In this document: one piece after another, positions 18,379 to 28,676 of the stretch | Layout of the letters: each line of letters begins with the position of its first letter | Numbering within the stretch: the first letter of the stretch is position 1 | DNA from: an uncultured bacterium | Lineage (GTDB): Bacteria > Chloroflexota > UBA5177 > JANWHV01 | Reading direction: 5' to 3' | Assembly (NCBI GenBank): GCA_963729625.1 | Contig: CAVSOU010000007.1 | Span: forward strand, 512,001 to 576,000 | DNA length: 64,000 nt | Made by a program: the position numbers and the translations under genes | Notes under the pieces: model-generated | What the model was told of the DNA's origin: nothing | Database searches by the model: none | What the model saw: the letters and a program-made list of their open reading frames with translations, nothing else

Positions 18379-19668
18379 GTGCGTTCCGACTCTGCGATTG
18401 AGTTAACTATCGACGAGGCACGCGCCTTAGCGGTGGCGGCCCAGAGTCTGGATGCTTTGCCCGACGCGTCGCCGGACGAGACGTCGATCCTCGATGCCCT
18501 TGAGCGCGTCGGCGTGCTCCAGGTCGACACCATCAACGTGGTGGAGCGGTCTCAGTACCTTGTGCTCTGGAGCAGGTTGGCCGCATACGATCCTGCGTTG
18601 CTCGACGCGCTACTTTACCCGCGGCGCCTGATCTTCGAATGCATGGCTCCCGTGGCCTTGATAGCCCCGATGAAGAACTATCGCTTCTATCGTCCCGCCA
18701 TGCTCTCCTCCGCGCACGAGAGTCGGCTGCGGTCAAGCGAGTGGTTGGCCGAGCATCCCGATGCGATACCCGACACGCTCGGCGCAATACGCGAGCGCGG
18801 CCCGCTCGCTTCCGCGGACTTCGCGAGGCCGGAGGGCGCCACGCGATCCGGCCCATGGGATTGGCACGGACCCAAGCCGAGCCGCCGCGCACTCGAGATA
18901 CTGTACAATTCCGGCGATCTCATGGTGCACAGCCGGCGAGGGGGCCAGAAGCTTTACGATGTGCGTGACCGAGTGCTGGCCGAGGCATTCGGCGCGGAAG
19001 TCCCGGGTGACGACGGGCTGCCTGATGCAGCCGAACGGCAGGCGTTCTTCACCGGGCACGCCGCTGAAGCACTTGGCATCATCGTGCCGGCCTGGCTCTG
19101 GAGGTACCACGCGCAGCGGCCTCAGCGCAGCGCCCGCGCCAACCATCGCGATGCAGCACTGGAGGCGCTTGAGCGCATGGCATCAACCGGTCAATGTGTG
19201 CGGGCTGTCATAGATGGCCTCGACGAGCCGGCATTCGTGGTGTCATCGCTGCTCGGCAAACTAGACCGCTGGCGTCGTGGGCCGGCGCCTGCACGCACGA
19301 CACTGCTCTCGCCTTTCGACAGTCTGATCTGGGATCGCGCGAGGACGCGCGCTCTGTTTGGTTTCGACGTGTGCTTTGAGGCATATGTCTCGCCCCCGAG
19401 GCGCAAGTACGGCTATTATTGCCTCTCGATCCTCCATAGGAACAACCTGGTCGGCCGAGTGGATCCCAAGATGGATCGTGCCAAGCGCCGCCTTCAAGTG
19501 CGTGCAGCGTACCTCGAGCCGGGGGTGGCGTTGGACGACGCACTGGTGGATGGACTTGCCATAGCCCTCGCCGATCTGTCACGGTTTCTCGGCGGAACGG
19601 GCGTCGACGTCGCGAGCTGTGGATGCGTTGATCTGGTGGCGGCACTTTCGGAGCGCCTCAGGGATTAA
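18379..19668 (+). CDS. YcaQ/AlkZ-like (HTH_42) DNA glycosylase
   Basis: LQVDTINVVERS QxD motif, LLSPFDSLIWDRAR, EAY..P.RKYGYY, VGRVDPK. Confidence 0.9.
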   Translation: MRSDSAIELTIDEARALAVAAQSLDALPDASPDETSILDALERVGVLQVDTINVVERSQYLVLWSRLAAYDPALLDALLYPRRLIFECMAPVALIAPMKNYRFYRPAMLSSAHESRLRSSEWLAEHPDAIPDTLGAIRERGPLASADFARPEGATRSGPWDWHGPKPSRRALEILYNSGDLMVHSRRGGQKLYDVRDRVLAEAFGAEVPGDDGLPDAAERQAFFTGHAAEALGIIVPAWLWRYHAQRPQRSARANHRDAALEALERMASTGQCVRAVIDGLDEPAFVVSSLLGKLDRWRRGPAPARTTLLSPFDSLIWDRARTRALFGFDVCFEAYVSPPRRKYGYYCLSILHRNNLVGRVDPKMDRAKRRLQVRAAYLEPGVALDDALVDGLAIALADLSRFLGGTGVDVASCGCVDLVAALSERLRD

Positions 19669-20257
19669 GCATTATCTGGTTATGGAATCTTTTTTCTCGC
19701 GCCGCCGCAGACGGTGCTGCCGGGAATCCAGCGGACAACCGAGGGCCGAACGTTGCCCAACAGCGAACCTGGGCGGCGGCGGGATCGGGGCCGCGCCGAT
19801 CGTCTGAGGCACCGTAGCGCCGCTGCGCGAAGAAGGGCGAGCGTCTTCACGCTTGCGTTCGCCGTGAGAGTATTTGCAAGCGTTTGGCCTGTTGTTGAAA
19901 GTTCGGCGCGGCTTATGGTTTGCTCATCGGGTCTGGCTCGGATCGCAAACTCTCAGCCCGACGACGCTGATACGGCCCAGAGGCTGAGCATTGGAGCCGG
20001 CAAAGAGGAGGTGGAAGGAACCACCGGCATTCCCGCCGAGGACAGACCCGCCGACACAAGCCGCTGGTCATGGCGGCCGTGCCGTGAGGAATATGGCGCG
20101 AGCGCGTGGTTGTCCGATCGCTCACCGTGGTGGCGAGCGTCACCGGTACCAGTAGACATGATCACTGTGCACACGCCGCTCCGTCTCCTGGCATCAGGTC
20201 AACGCAGACGTCTGGCAACACTAACGTCGACATACTGATTCTCGAGGAGAAAGCTCA

Positions 20258-21061
20258 ATGGGAAGGAAGTCTGTAGTTGGAGCCCTGGTCACCGGTATAG
20301 CCCTGGCCCTATCCCTGCTGCCCGTGAATGCCGTTCACGCGGCCGCGCCTGCCGCGCGGCACGGGGTGTACTACCTGGCGTTGGGCGACTCACTGTCCGA
20401 CGGGTACCAACCCGACAAGACGGTCTTGCGGACGCATGGGTGGGTCTATCAGTTTCGCGACATGCTGGCCAAGCAATCGCCTATCGAACTCACCAATCTC
20501 GCGCTCGGCGGCGAATGCACCGGCACTTTCATCAAAGGTGGTCTGAGCCCGACCTGCGCAACCAAGACGATCGACTCGCCGTCCCAACTTGGGGCTGGTG
20601 TCGCGTACCTGAAGGCACATGCGGGCATGGTGAATCCGATCACGGTCGAGATCGGCGGAGACAATCTCTACAGCGTTCTGCCTGCCTTCCTCAAGGCGAC
20701 ACCGGCGGAGCGGCAGGCGCTGGCACAGAAGGCTCTCGCGCCGCTGGCGCAGGATTGGACTACGATCTTCACAGGCTTGCGGACCGCGTGCCCGACCTGC
20801 ACCATCATCGCGGTCGACCAATACAACCCGTACGGATCCGGCGACATGTCCGCCGCCGTCGCACAGGTGATGGAGACCTACAGCGGCGTGCTGCAGAAGG
20901 TTGCCAAGCCTCTCGGCGTGCGAGTGGCGACGGTGTATGGCGCGTTCGCCGGCCATGAGGTCGAATACACCTGGATCGCAAAGAACGACATCCATGCCAA
21001 CACGACCGGGTACCAGGTCATGGCGGCGATCGTGGCGAAAGCATCCGGCATGGTCCAGTAG
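20258..21061 (+). CDS. secreted SGNH/GDSL hydrolase
   Basis: Signal peptide, YLALGDSLS, IGGDN, DIHAN. Confidence 0.88.
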   Translation: MGRKSVVGALVTGIALALSLLPVNAVHAAAPAARHGVYYLALGDSLSDGYQPDKTVLRTHGWVYQFRDMLAKQSPIELTNLALGGECTGTFIKGGLSPTCATKTIDSPSQLGAGVAYLKAHAGMVNPITVEIGGDNLYSVLPAFLKATPAERQALAQKALAPLAQDWTTIFTGLRTACPTCTIIAVDQYNPYGSGDMSAAVAQVMETYSGVLQKVAKPLGVRVATVYGAFAGHEVEYTWIAKNDIHANTTGYQVMAAIVAKASGMVQ

Positions 21062-21120
21062 TCAGCGTTTCTGCGACCCCTCCGTGTTTTGTGAAGACGA
21101 ATGCCGTTAACGTTGGTCCG

Positions 21121-21153
21121 CCGCTGGCAGAGTCGAACTTCCTCTGCCAGCGG
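21121..21153 (+). terminator. stem-loop after the SGNH gene
   Basis: ccgctggcagag / ctctgccagcgg 12-bp stem, no U tract. Confidence 0.5.
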
Positions 21154-21225
21154 CAGTAGCCTGACTCACGCCCTCGCCCGGACCTGAATCGCTACATTCA
21201 AGGTAGAGATACGTGGGAGGGCCGG

Positions 21226-22353
21226 TTGAATCGTCGCGTAATAGGCCTGCTGAGCCTTGGCCATCTTACAGTGGACGTATACGCGGGATCCCTGCCGGCC
21301 CTCCTATACGTGCTTCGCCCGAGCCTTCACCTTTCGTATTTCCTGATTGGCCTGGCATCCCTCGCCTTCACGATCACATCATCGGTCGTGCAGCCTCTCT
21401 TCGGCTATCTCTCGGACCGAAAGCACATGGCGGAGTTGCTTCCGGTTGGCTGCCTGCTCTGCGCTGTTGGGCTGTCCCTCGCCAGCAGGGCACCAGGCTA
21501 TCTCGCGCTACTCGCGCTCATCAGCCTGGGCGGTTTCGGATCCGCGCTCTACCATCCCGAGGCAGCCAAGACCACGGCGTTCTTCAGCGGAGACCGGCGT
21601 GCAAGTGCGATGGCCTTGTTCTCGGTCGGCGGCAGTATCGGCTATGCTCTTGGTCCAGGAGTATTTCTGGTACTCAACGATCGCGTTCACGCCGCGGCGC
21701 CCATTGCATTCTTCGCCTTCGGGCTCGCGATGACACTTCGCCTAACGGCAGCCTGCTCGCCGCTGCGCCGGGGCGTCGCCCTGCAGCTTGCCAAGCGCGG
21801 AGACGCGGAAGAGAAAGTCGCGTGGGCGGTCCTCGCCAGCGTGCTCAGTATCGTCGCCCTCCGGGCATGGGTGCAGATGGGCCTCGTACTGTACTTGCCG
21901 TACTGGGCACAGAACGCCGGTGACGGGATTGCCCCAGGCGTGTTTGTTTCAGCCTTTCTCTTTGCCGGAGTCGCAGGGACACTGTTGGTTGGCCCGATTG
22001 CCGACCGCCTTGGACCCCGGCGTGTCTTGGTGGTGACGATGGTACCGCTGACGCCTGTTCTGCTGCTATTTCTGCCGATGAGGGGGTTCATTGCGCTGGC
22101 GACGATTACCGCGTTCGGCGCACTGCTTCTATCGACGTTCTCGCTGACCGTCGTGATGGCGCAGGAGCTGATTAGCCGGCGCCAAGGGATGGCGGCCGGA
22201 TTGAGCAACGGATTTGCCTCTGGGATCGGGGCTCTTGGGTCGCTCGCTACCGGCGCCGTAGGAGATCGGTTCGGTCTCACCGCGTCCTTTGTGCTATTGT
22301 CGATGCTGCCGCTCCTTGCGCTCTGGCGGTCATTGTTGCTGCCCGTCAGGTGA
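21226..22353 (+). CDS. MFS transporter (Fsr-like)
   Basis: GHLTVDVY, QPLFGYLSDR, ALYHPEA, GPIADRLGPRR; GGGAGG SD with TTG start. Confidence 0.9.
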   Translation: MNRRVIGLLSLGHLTVDVYAGSLPALLYVLRPSLHLSYFLIGLASLAFTITSSVVQPLFGYLSDRKHMAELLPVGCLLCAVGLSLASRAPGYLALLALISLGGFGSALYHPEAAKTTAFFSGDRRASAMALFSVGGSIGYALGPGVFLVLNDRVHAAAPIAFFAFGLAMTLRLTAACSPLRRGVALQLAKRGDAEEKVAWAVLASVLSIVALRAWVQMGLVLYLPYWAQNAGDGIAPGVFVSAFLFAGVAGTLLVGPIADRLGPRRVLVVTMVPLTPVLLLFLPMRGFIALATITAFGALLLSTFSLTVVMAQELISRRQGMAAGLSNGFASGIGALGSLATGAVGDRFGLTASFVLLSMLPLLALWRSLLLPVR

Positions 22354-22485
22354 AGGCATGTTCGCGGATGCAAGCAGAGAGCGTCGTCGTGTACCCTGTG
22401 GACAAGGCGTCGAATAGCCCGGACTCTGGCTTGATGATGGCGAGGAGCTACGGACAGATGTGCCCGCGGCGCACCGTACGAGGAG

Positions 22486-24207
22486 ATGTACATGGCAACG
22501 ACCACGACACGGCAGATGCGTTCGGACACCATCAAGAAGGGTTTCGAGCGCGCGCCGCACCGCGCTCTGCTCCGGGCAACGGGCGTCATTCAGGACGAGA
22601 GGGACTTCCGTAAGCCGTTCATCGCGGTGATAAACAGCTATGTGGATATCATTCCGGGCCACGCTCATCTGCAAGAGGTCGCCAAGACCGTGAAGGCCGC
22701 CATTCGCGCGGCCGGTGGCGTTCCCTTTGAGTTCAACACCATCGGCGTGGACGACGGTATCGCCATGGGCCACATCGGGATGAAGTACTCGCTGCCTAGC
22801 CGCGAGCTCATCGCGGACTGCGTGGAGACAGTGGTAGCAGCGCACGCCTTCGACGGCATGATCTGCATCCCCAACTGTGACAAGATCGTGCCCGGGATGC
22901 TGATGGCCGCGATGCGTCTGAACATTCCAACCATCTTTTGCTCCGGCGGTCCGATGCGTGCTGGACGTCTGGCCAGCGGAGCCAAGGCCGATCTGATCAC
23001 CGTGTTTGAGGCAGTGGGCGCCTATGCGCAGGGCAAGGTCAGCGACGAGGCGCTGCTGGAGCTGGAGATGAAGGCCTGCCCGTCGTGCGGATCATGTTCG
23101 GGCATGTTTACTGCCAATTCCATGAACTGCCTGTGTGAGGCGCTTGGCATCGCCCTCCCGGGCAACGGAACGATCCTGGCCCGTACGGAGGAGCGCGACG
23201 ACCACTATCGTCGCTCGGCGCAGCGGCTGATGCAGCTCGTCGAGGAGAACGTTCGCCCACTGGACATCATCACACCGGCCGCAATCGACAATGCCTTTGC
23301 GCTGGACATGGCGATGGGCGGCTCGACCAATACGGTGTTGCACACACTTGCCCTCTGCAACGAGGGCGGCGTCGAATACCCGCTGGCGCGCCTCAACGAT
23401 GTGGCTGCCCGCGTGCCGTATATCTGCAAAGTGTCGCCGGCCACGGCAAACGTCCATATCGAGGACGTCCATCGCGCTGGCGGGATCAGCGCTATTCTGC
23501 ACGAGCTGGGTCGACGAGCAGGAATCCTGCATCTGGACGTGCCCACTGTGACCGGGAAGACCCTGGGCGAGAACATCGCCGAGACCGTGGTCGTCGACTC
23601 CTCGGTCATTCGACCGCTGGAGGAACCGTTCCAGGACCGTGGGGGCTTGACCGTGCTGTTCGGCAATCTGGCGCCCGACGGCGCTGTCGTCAAGTCGGGA
23701 GCAATAGATACGACGGCGTGGAAGTTCCGCGGACCGTGCCGTATCTACGAGAGCGAGGAAGAGGCTCAGGCGGCAATCCTGCGCGGCGATATCGTCGCCG
23801 GCAACGCGGTAATCATTCGATACGAGGGGCCAAAGGGCGGGCCCGGCATGCAGGAAATGCTGGCGCCGACCGGGGCACTGTCGGGCATGGGGCTGGGCAC
23901 ATCGGTCGCGTTGCTTACCGACGGCCGCTTCAGCGGCGGCAGCCGCGGCCTGGCCATAGGGCACATCTCGCCTGAAGCTGCCTCCGGCGGGCCGCTCGCT
24001 GCGTTGCGCGACGGCGACATGATTTTGGTGGACATTCAGGCGCGACGGCTCGATGTTGAGCTGAGTGAGGTTGAGATTCGCCGGCGTCTCGAGGATGCGC
24101 GGCCTCCTGATCGGGTGCTGCCCGGCCGCTGGCTCCGGCGCTATCGGAGCCTGGTTACGTCGGCAAACACCGGGGCTGTCTTGCGCGATCCAGACGCGGC
24201 GCAATAG
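22486..24207 (+). CDS. ilvD: dihydroxy-acid dehydratase
   Basis: [51 protein letters not shown]. Confidence 0.97.
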   Translation: MYMATTTTRQMRSDTIKKGFERAPHRALLRATGVIQDERDFRKPFIAVINSYVDIIPGHAHLQEVAKTVKAAIRAAGGVPFEFNTIGVDDGIAMGHIGMKYSLPSRELIADCVETVVAAHAFDGMICIPNCDKIVPGMLMAAMRLNIPTIFCSGGPMRAGRLASGAKADLITVFEAVGAYAQGKVSDEALLELEMKACPSCGSCSGMFTANSMNCLCEALGIALPGNGTILARTEERDDHYRRSAQRLMQLVEENVRPLDIITPAAIDNAFALDMAMGGSTNTVLHTLALCNEGGVEYPLARLNDVAARVPYICKVSPATANVHIEDVHRAGGISAILHELGRRAGILHLDVPTVTGKTLGENIAETVVVDSSVIRPLEEPFQDRGGLTVLFGNLAPDGAVVKSGAIDTTAWKFRGPCRIYESEEEAQAAILRGDIVAGNAVIIRYEGPKGGPGMQEMLAPTGALSGMGLGTSVALLTDGRFSGGSRGLAIGHISPEAASGGPLAALRDGDMILVDIQARRLDVELSEVEIRRRLEDARPPDRVLPGRWLRRYRSLVTSANTGAVLRDPDAAQ

Positions 24208-24503
24208 CCGACCGAGGATCCGCGGGCAAAGCGAGTCCAGTCGTCGAAAGCCTTGAAGGCGATAAGTAGCGATGTTGCCTGTACCAGTCCCCTACGCCAG
24301 CAAAGCGAGATGCTCGTCTTTGCTCATGGGCTGGGCCGCGGTCCGCCCTCCAACCTACTCACGATCCGCGCGCTTGAGCAGGCGCCTACTGCTCCGCAGC
24401 CAAAGGAGCGGTCCTGGCGAGCGTTCACGCACTCGCTGGCCGCTTGGGTTAGCATAGCGCGGCGACGTCTTTCGGAACGGTGAAGTCAGGGGTAAGTTGC
24501 CAT

Positions 24504-24548
24504 CCATGGCTGAAACGCCCGGGTCGGACCCGGGCGTTTCAGCCATGG
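24504..24548. terminator. perfect 22-bp inverted repeat downstream of ahpC
   Basis: ccatggctgaaacgcccgggtc-g-gacccgggcgtttcagccatgg. Confidence 0.7.
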
Positions 24549-24567
24549 TATTGCAGTCAGGCGAGAT

Positions 24568-25104
24568 TCAGGCCGTGGCCAGGGTTGGCTCGCCGGCTTT
24601 CCAGCCGCAAGCCGTGAGCTCACCGGTCTGGATGGCCTTCAGCGAGCGCAGCACCTCGTCGACACTGCGCCCGGTGTCGAGGTCGTTCACGGCCACGAAG
24701 CGGATGATGCAATCCGGATCGACGATGAATGTTGCGCGGAGGGCGACTCCCTCACCGGGGTCGAGAATGCCCAGAGACGAGCACAGCTCGCGCTTCAGAT
24801 CCGCCGCCATCGGGAATGGAAGCCGGCGGAGGAGCGGATTCTGCTCGCGCCAAGCAAGGTGAACGTACTCATTATCCACGCTGACGCCGAGGATGTCCGC
24901 GCCTACCGCGTTGAACGAGGGCTGCATCGAACCGAATGCAGCGATCTCGGTCGGGCAGACGAACGTAAAGTCTTTGGGCCAGAAGAACGCTACCAACCAG
25001 CGGCCTTTATACTCTGATAACGATACGCGCGTGATGGTCGGGTCTTCACTACCGTCGACGGCTGCCAGATTGAAGTCGGGAAAGCGGTCGCCAACCGTGA
25101 GCAT
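24568..25104 (-). CDS. ahpC: 2-Cys peroxiredoxin AhpC
   Basis: FFWPKDFTFVCPTE, RATFIVDP, GRSVDEVLR, TACGW; AAGGAG SD. Confidence 0.93.
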   Translation of the reverse strand: MLTVGDRFPDFNLAAVDGSEDPTITRVSLSEYKGRWLVAFFWPKDFTFVCPTEIAAFGSMQPSFNAVGADILGVSVDNEYVHLAWREQNPLLRRLPFPMAADLKRELCSSLGILDPGEGVALRATFIVDPDCIIRFVAVNDLDTGRSVDEVLRSLKAIQTGELTACGWKAGEPTLATA

Positions 25105-25376
25105 GCTGAACTCCTTGCGATTCCATGAAGGCACCTACAATGACATGTTCCTCCGCGAGCGTAGCGGGCGGCGCTATCGTCCGTCTAGAGGCGAACCGAC
25201 TACGTACCCGGGGCCAAACGTACTGCAGAGCCGCATCCGCCTATGGGAGAGTCGACGGGATCACTCTCGAACCGCACGATTTTGGGAGCGCTCGGACGTC
25301 CTACAGTGAGGCCAGAGTGAGATCTACATGCATCTATGCCGCCTCTTTCACAAGTTGAAGAGTGGGCGTGCGAGTG

Positions 25377-25568
25377 TTATTTTCGCCGGTCCGCCGTGCT
25401 CCTCAGGTGCTCGAGCGCTTCGTTTACCAGCGCATTCATACTTCTTCGCTCATAAAAGGCGGTAGTGCGAAGCCATTCATACAGGTCAGTGGATAGCCGC
25501 ACCTGAAGAATGGACTGATGCTTATCCGCGCGCTCCTCGTCCGCAGGCAGGTTCGACTGTGCCTTCAT
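25377..25568 (-). CDS. Arc/ribbon-helix-helix DNA-binding protein
   Basis: LQVRLSTDLYEWL....RRSMNALVNEAL RHH pattern. Confidence 0.75.
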   Translation of the reverse strand: MKAQSNLPADEERADKHQSILQVRLSTDLYEWLRTTAFYERRSMNALVNEALEHLRSTADRRK

Positions 25569-25622
25569 TTCTGACCCTTTACTAGCACGATGCGCGGCCA
25601 ATGAACGCCGTGTACGCCATTA

Positions 25623-25658
25623 TGCTAGCACCATACTAAGTTCGCGCGCTGCTGTCAA
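25623..25658 (-). promoter_or_regulatory. promoter with TGCTAGCA palindrome for the RHH gene
   Basis: TTGACA-17nt-TATGGT overlapping the palindrome TGCTAGCA (25623-25630). Confidence 0.6.
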
Positions 25659-25737
25659 AACATTCCCCCGCGGCACGGTCTTTCCCTACGGAGGGCCTCC
25701 GCACCATGCGAGCACAACGCCGGGCGCCGTCGGGTTC

Positions 25738-26859
25738 TTAGCGTTCGTCGACAGGGACGTATGGGCGCGCGGCGGGCCCGATGTAGTCGGCGCGGGGGCG
25801 CATGAGGCGATTGTTGGCGTACTGCTCCAGGACGTGCGCCGTCCACCCCGCGATGCGGCTGCAGGCAAAGATGGGCGTGAAGAGGTCCGTATGGATGCCA
25901 AGGGCCCGATAAGTCGACGCCGAATAGAAGTCGACGTTCGCATGGAGGCCCTTTGTCTCCCGTACAACCTGCTCCACCAGCTCCGACATCTGGAACCAGT
26001 AGGGATTGCCGGACCGTTCGCCAACTTCCTTCGCCAGGCTGCGCAAGGCAGTCGCACGCGGATCCTCGGTGCGGTATACCGCGTGCCCGAATCCCATGAT
26101 GCGGTCGCCGCGATCGAGAGCCGCGCGTACCCATTCCTGGGCGCCCCCGGGCGAGTCAATCGCCTCGAGCATACGCATGACGCGCTCGTTTGCACCGCCA
26201 TGCGAGGGGCCGGCTAGCGCGGCGATGGCCGCGGTAACGGCTCCGTAGATATCCGCCAGCGTCGACGCCACTTCACGGGCCGCGAACGTGGAGGCGTTTA
26301 GCTCATGGTCGGCGTGCAGAATGAGCGCGACGTCGAACACGTGCGCGTCGCGCTTATCGGGTTCCTTGCCGCGCAGCATATAGAGGAAGTTGGCGGCAAG
26401 AGGCAGATCTGGGCGGGGCGTTATCGGCGAATGGCCGTATCGCAGCTTGTCGAACGCTGCAACGATTGTGGGGATGCGCGCGGTCAGCCGCACGGCCTTG
26501 CGCACCATCGCGGGACGGGAGCTATCGAACAGCTCGCGGTCGTACATGGCCATTGCCGAGACCGCGGTGCGCAACGCCGACATCGGCGAGCCGCTACTCG
26601 GCAGAGACCCAAGTAGATCGATGATTTCCGCCGGTAGCTCCGCTTCCGACTTGATGACTTCGGCAAGCTGCTCCAGTTGCAGGAGTGTCGGTAGCTCGCC
26701 GTGCCACAACAGATAGATCACTTCTTCGAACGTCGAGTAGCGCGCAAGCTCGGCTATGTCGTACCCACGGTAGGAGAGTTTCCCTTGTTCGCCGTCGACG
26801 TTGCAAATAGCAGACGACGCAGCAATCACATCACGTAGACCGGCGGTCGGACTAGCCAT
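25738..26859 (-). CDS. citrate synthase (short CitZ/PrpC type)
   Basis: LSYRGYDI, HADHELNASTF, HGGANE, MGFGHAVY, NVDFY, SRIAGW. Confidence 0.95.
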   Translation of the reverse strand: MASPTAGLRDVIAASSAICNVDGEQGKLSYRGYDIAELARYSTFEEVIYLLWHGELPTLLQLEQLAEVIKSEAELPAEIIDLLGSLPSSGSPMSALRTAVSAMAMYDRELFDSSRPAMVRKAVRLTARIPTIVAAFDKLRYGHSPITPRPDLPLAANFLYMLRGKEPDKRDAHVFDVALILHADHELNASTFAAREVASTLADIYGAVTAAIAALAGPSHGGANERVMRMLEAIDSPGGAQEWVRAALDRGDRIMGFGHAVYRTEDPRATALRSLAKEVGERSGNPYWFQMSELVEQVVRETKGLHANVDFYSASTYRALGIHTDLFTPIFACSRIAGWTAHVLEQYANNRLMRPRADYIGPAARPYVPVDER

Positions 26860-27019
26860 TGCCTTTCCTTTCTCTACCCGCAACACAGCGGGCCTTCATG
26901 CCAGAGTCGAGCAGCGCTCTCGTCGTTGGACGGCGCTAAGTCAGGGCTACTGTGAGTAGTTTCAGTATCGCTGTACTCCACGACACGGTCAACAGAAGTA
27001 CAGAGCCTCAGGCGCTCGG

Positions 27020-28672
27020 TCACGGCGCCGTACCCGCGGCCGGGGCATCCGATGGGTCCGCGAGCGTGCTTTCGCCGTCGGCAGGCTGGCCCTGCCGATC
27101 GAGCAGCCGAGGCAAAGTGACCACGAATCGAGTCCACCCATCGTCGCCGCTGCGGGCCTCGACAGTGCCGCCGTGCGCCACCACGATCTCGCGGACGATG
27201 GCCAACCCCAGGCCGGTACCGCCGGTCTGCGCCGCCCGCGAATGGTCGGTCCGGTAGAAACGCTGAAAGACGCGGGTTAGGTCCTCGGCGGCGATGCCCG
27301 CTCCCGTGTTCGAGATGGTCAACGAGGTCGTGCTGCCGGACCCGACGCTGTGCAGCGCCACCGTTCCAGCCGAATCGCAGAACTTCACCGCGTTGTCCAG
27401 GAGATTCACGAGCATCTGTGTAAGTCGATCTGCGTCGCAGAAGACCATGAGGCTCCCGGCTGCGCGCTCGTCGCGGAAATGCAGCGCTGCGTGCGCCGGC
27501 AGCGTGGCGTAGCGCTCGAGAATCTTCCCGGCGAGCTGATTCACATCCAGCGTTTCGCGTCGCAGCGTGAGCTGGCCGGCCTCCAACTTCGACAGGTCTA
27601 GGAGATCCTGAGTCAACCGCTGAAGCCGTCGCGCCTCTTCGTTGATCACCTGCACCGCGCGCCGCTGCGTCGGGTCGGCGGCCACGCCGTCGCTGTCCGC
27701 TAGGATCTGGCTGAAGCCGACGAGGGACGTCAGCGGGGTCTTCAGGTCGTGCGAGACATTGGCAATGAACTGTCGCTGCATCTCGCGGGCAGAGCTCACC
27801 TCGCTGGCCATCTTATTGAAACTCTGCGCGAGGTGCCCGATCTCGTCGTCGCGCTCCTCATGCACGCGCTGGTTGTAGTCGCCCCGCGCCATCTTCTCCG
27901 AGGCCTGAGCGATGGACTGAATGGGCCGGGTGATGGCGCGCACGATGAGCAGCACGACCAGCATGGTCACCAGGAGCGCGAAGCCGACCGCCCTGGCCAG
28001 CTCAGGCACGAGGCTGCCGAACGCGCGCTGGTCGACTCCGCCCGGCGACTTGGCAACGACGATCGCGCGCACGAGGAGCGGCGGAGTGTAGCTTTGCATG
28101 AACGATGTACCCATGAGCGCCGCATATGAGGCAGAGAAGGACGCAGAGCACGCAGCGTAGTAGTAAGCGCCTCCGCCCGGCAGGCTACTCGCGTGCTGTA
28201 CTTGTTTGCAGCTGTTAGGCAAGCTGAGCACGACAGGCTGGGGCGATTCGCGGGTGACGTCGTCAAGTGTGCGGCAGTCCGTCTGCGGGTACAGACTGAC
28301 CAACGGCGAGGCCGAATCGGTATCGATAGCCACCTGGTCGCAATAGTCGGTGAGCAGGATCCGGAAGTCGTTCGCATGCGCCAGGGTGGTAAGCTGGCTG
28401 CGAAGGGCAGTGAGTGCCGCCAGCTCGCGTTGCGCGGAGTCCAGCGCCCCCTGTGATTGGGCGAAGCGGTTCAGGTCCCTCTTGACTTGCGCGAAGACTG
28501 ACGGCGCTGAGGTCAGGAGGTCAGACTGCACTTGCCTGGCATCGGATGCGCTGATTTGCCGCCAAAAGGCGGCGCCGGTGAGAATCGAACTGAGCAGCAG
28601 TACGCCAACGAATGCTACGAAGAGTCTGCTGCGCAGACTCACGAAGCGCGGGTGGGAGAAACGGCCGCTCAT
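27020..28672 (-). CDS. HAMP sensor histidine kinase
   Basis: Two TMs, DEIGHLA.SFN, SHDLKTPL, NLLDNA, GTGLGL. Confidence 0.95.
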   Translation of the reverse strand: MSGRFSHPRFVSLRSRLFVAFVGVLLLSSILTGAAFWRQISASDARQVQSDLLTSAPSVFAQVKRDLNRFAQSQGALDSAQRELAALTALRSQLTTLAHANDFRILLTDYCDQVAIDTDSASPLVSLYPQTDCRTLDDVTRESPQPVVLSLPNSCKQVQHASSLPGGGAYYYAACSASFSASYAALMGTSFMQSYTPPLLVRAIVVAKSPGGVDQRAFGSLVPELARAVGFALLVTMLVVLLIVRAITRPIQSIAQASEKMARGDYNQRVHEERDDEIGHLAQSFNKMASEVSSAREMQRQFIANVSHDLKTPLTSLVGFSQILADSDGVAADPTQRRAVQVINEEARRLQRLTQDLLDLSKLEAGQLTLRRETLDVNQLAGKILERYATLPAHAALHFRDERAAGSLMVFCDADRLTQMLVNLLDNAVKFCDSAGTVALHSVGSGSTTSLTISNTGAGIAAEDLTRVFQRFYRTDHSRAAQTGGTGLGLAIVREIVVAHGGTVEARSGDDGWTRFVVTLPRLLDRQGQPADGESTLADPSDAPAAGTAP

Positions 28673-28676
28673 CGTA

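Noticed and set aside
22397-22405. DnaA-box-like TGTGGACAA upstream of ilvD
   Set aside because: Single copy, no cluster or AT-rich unwinding region
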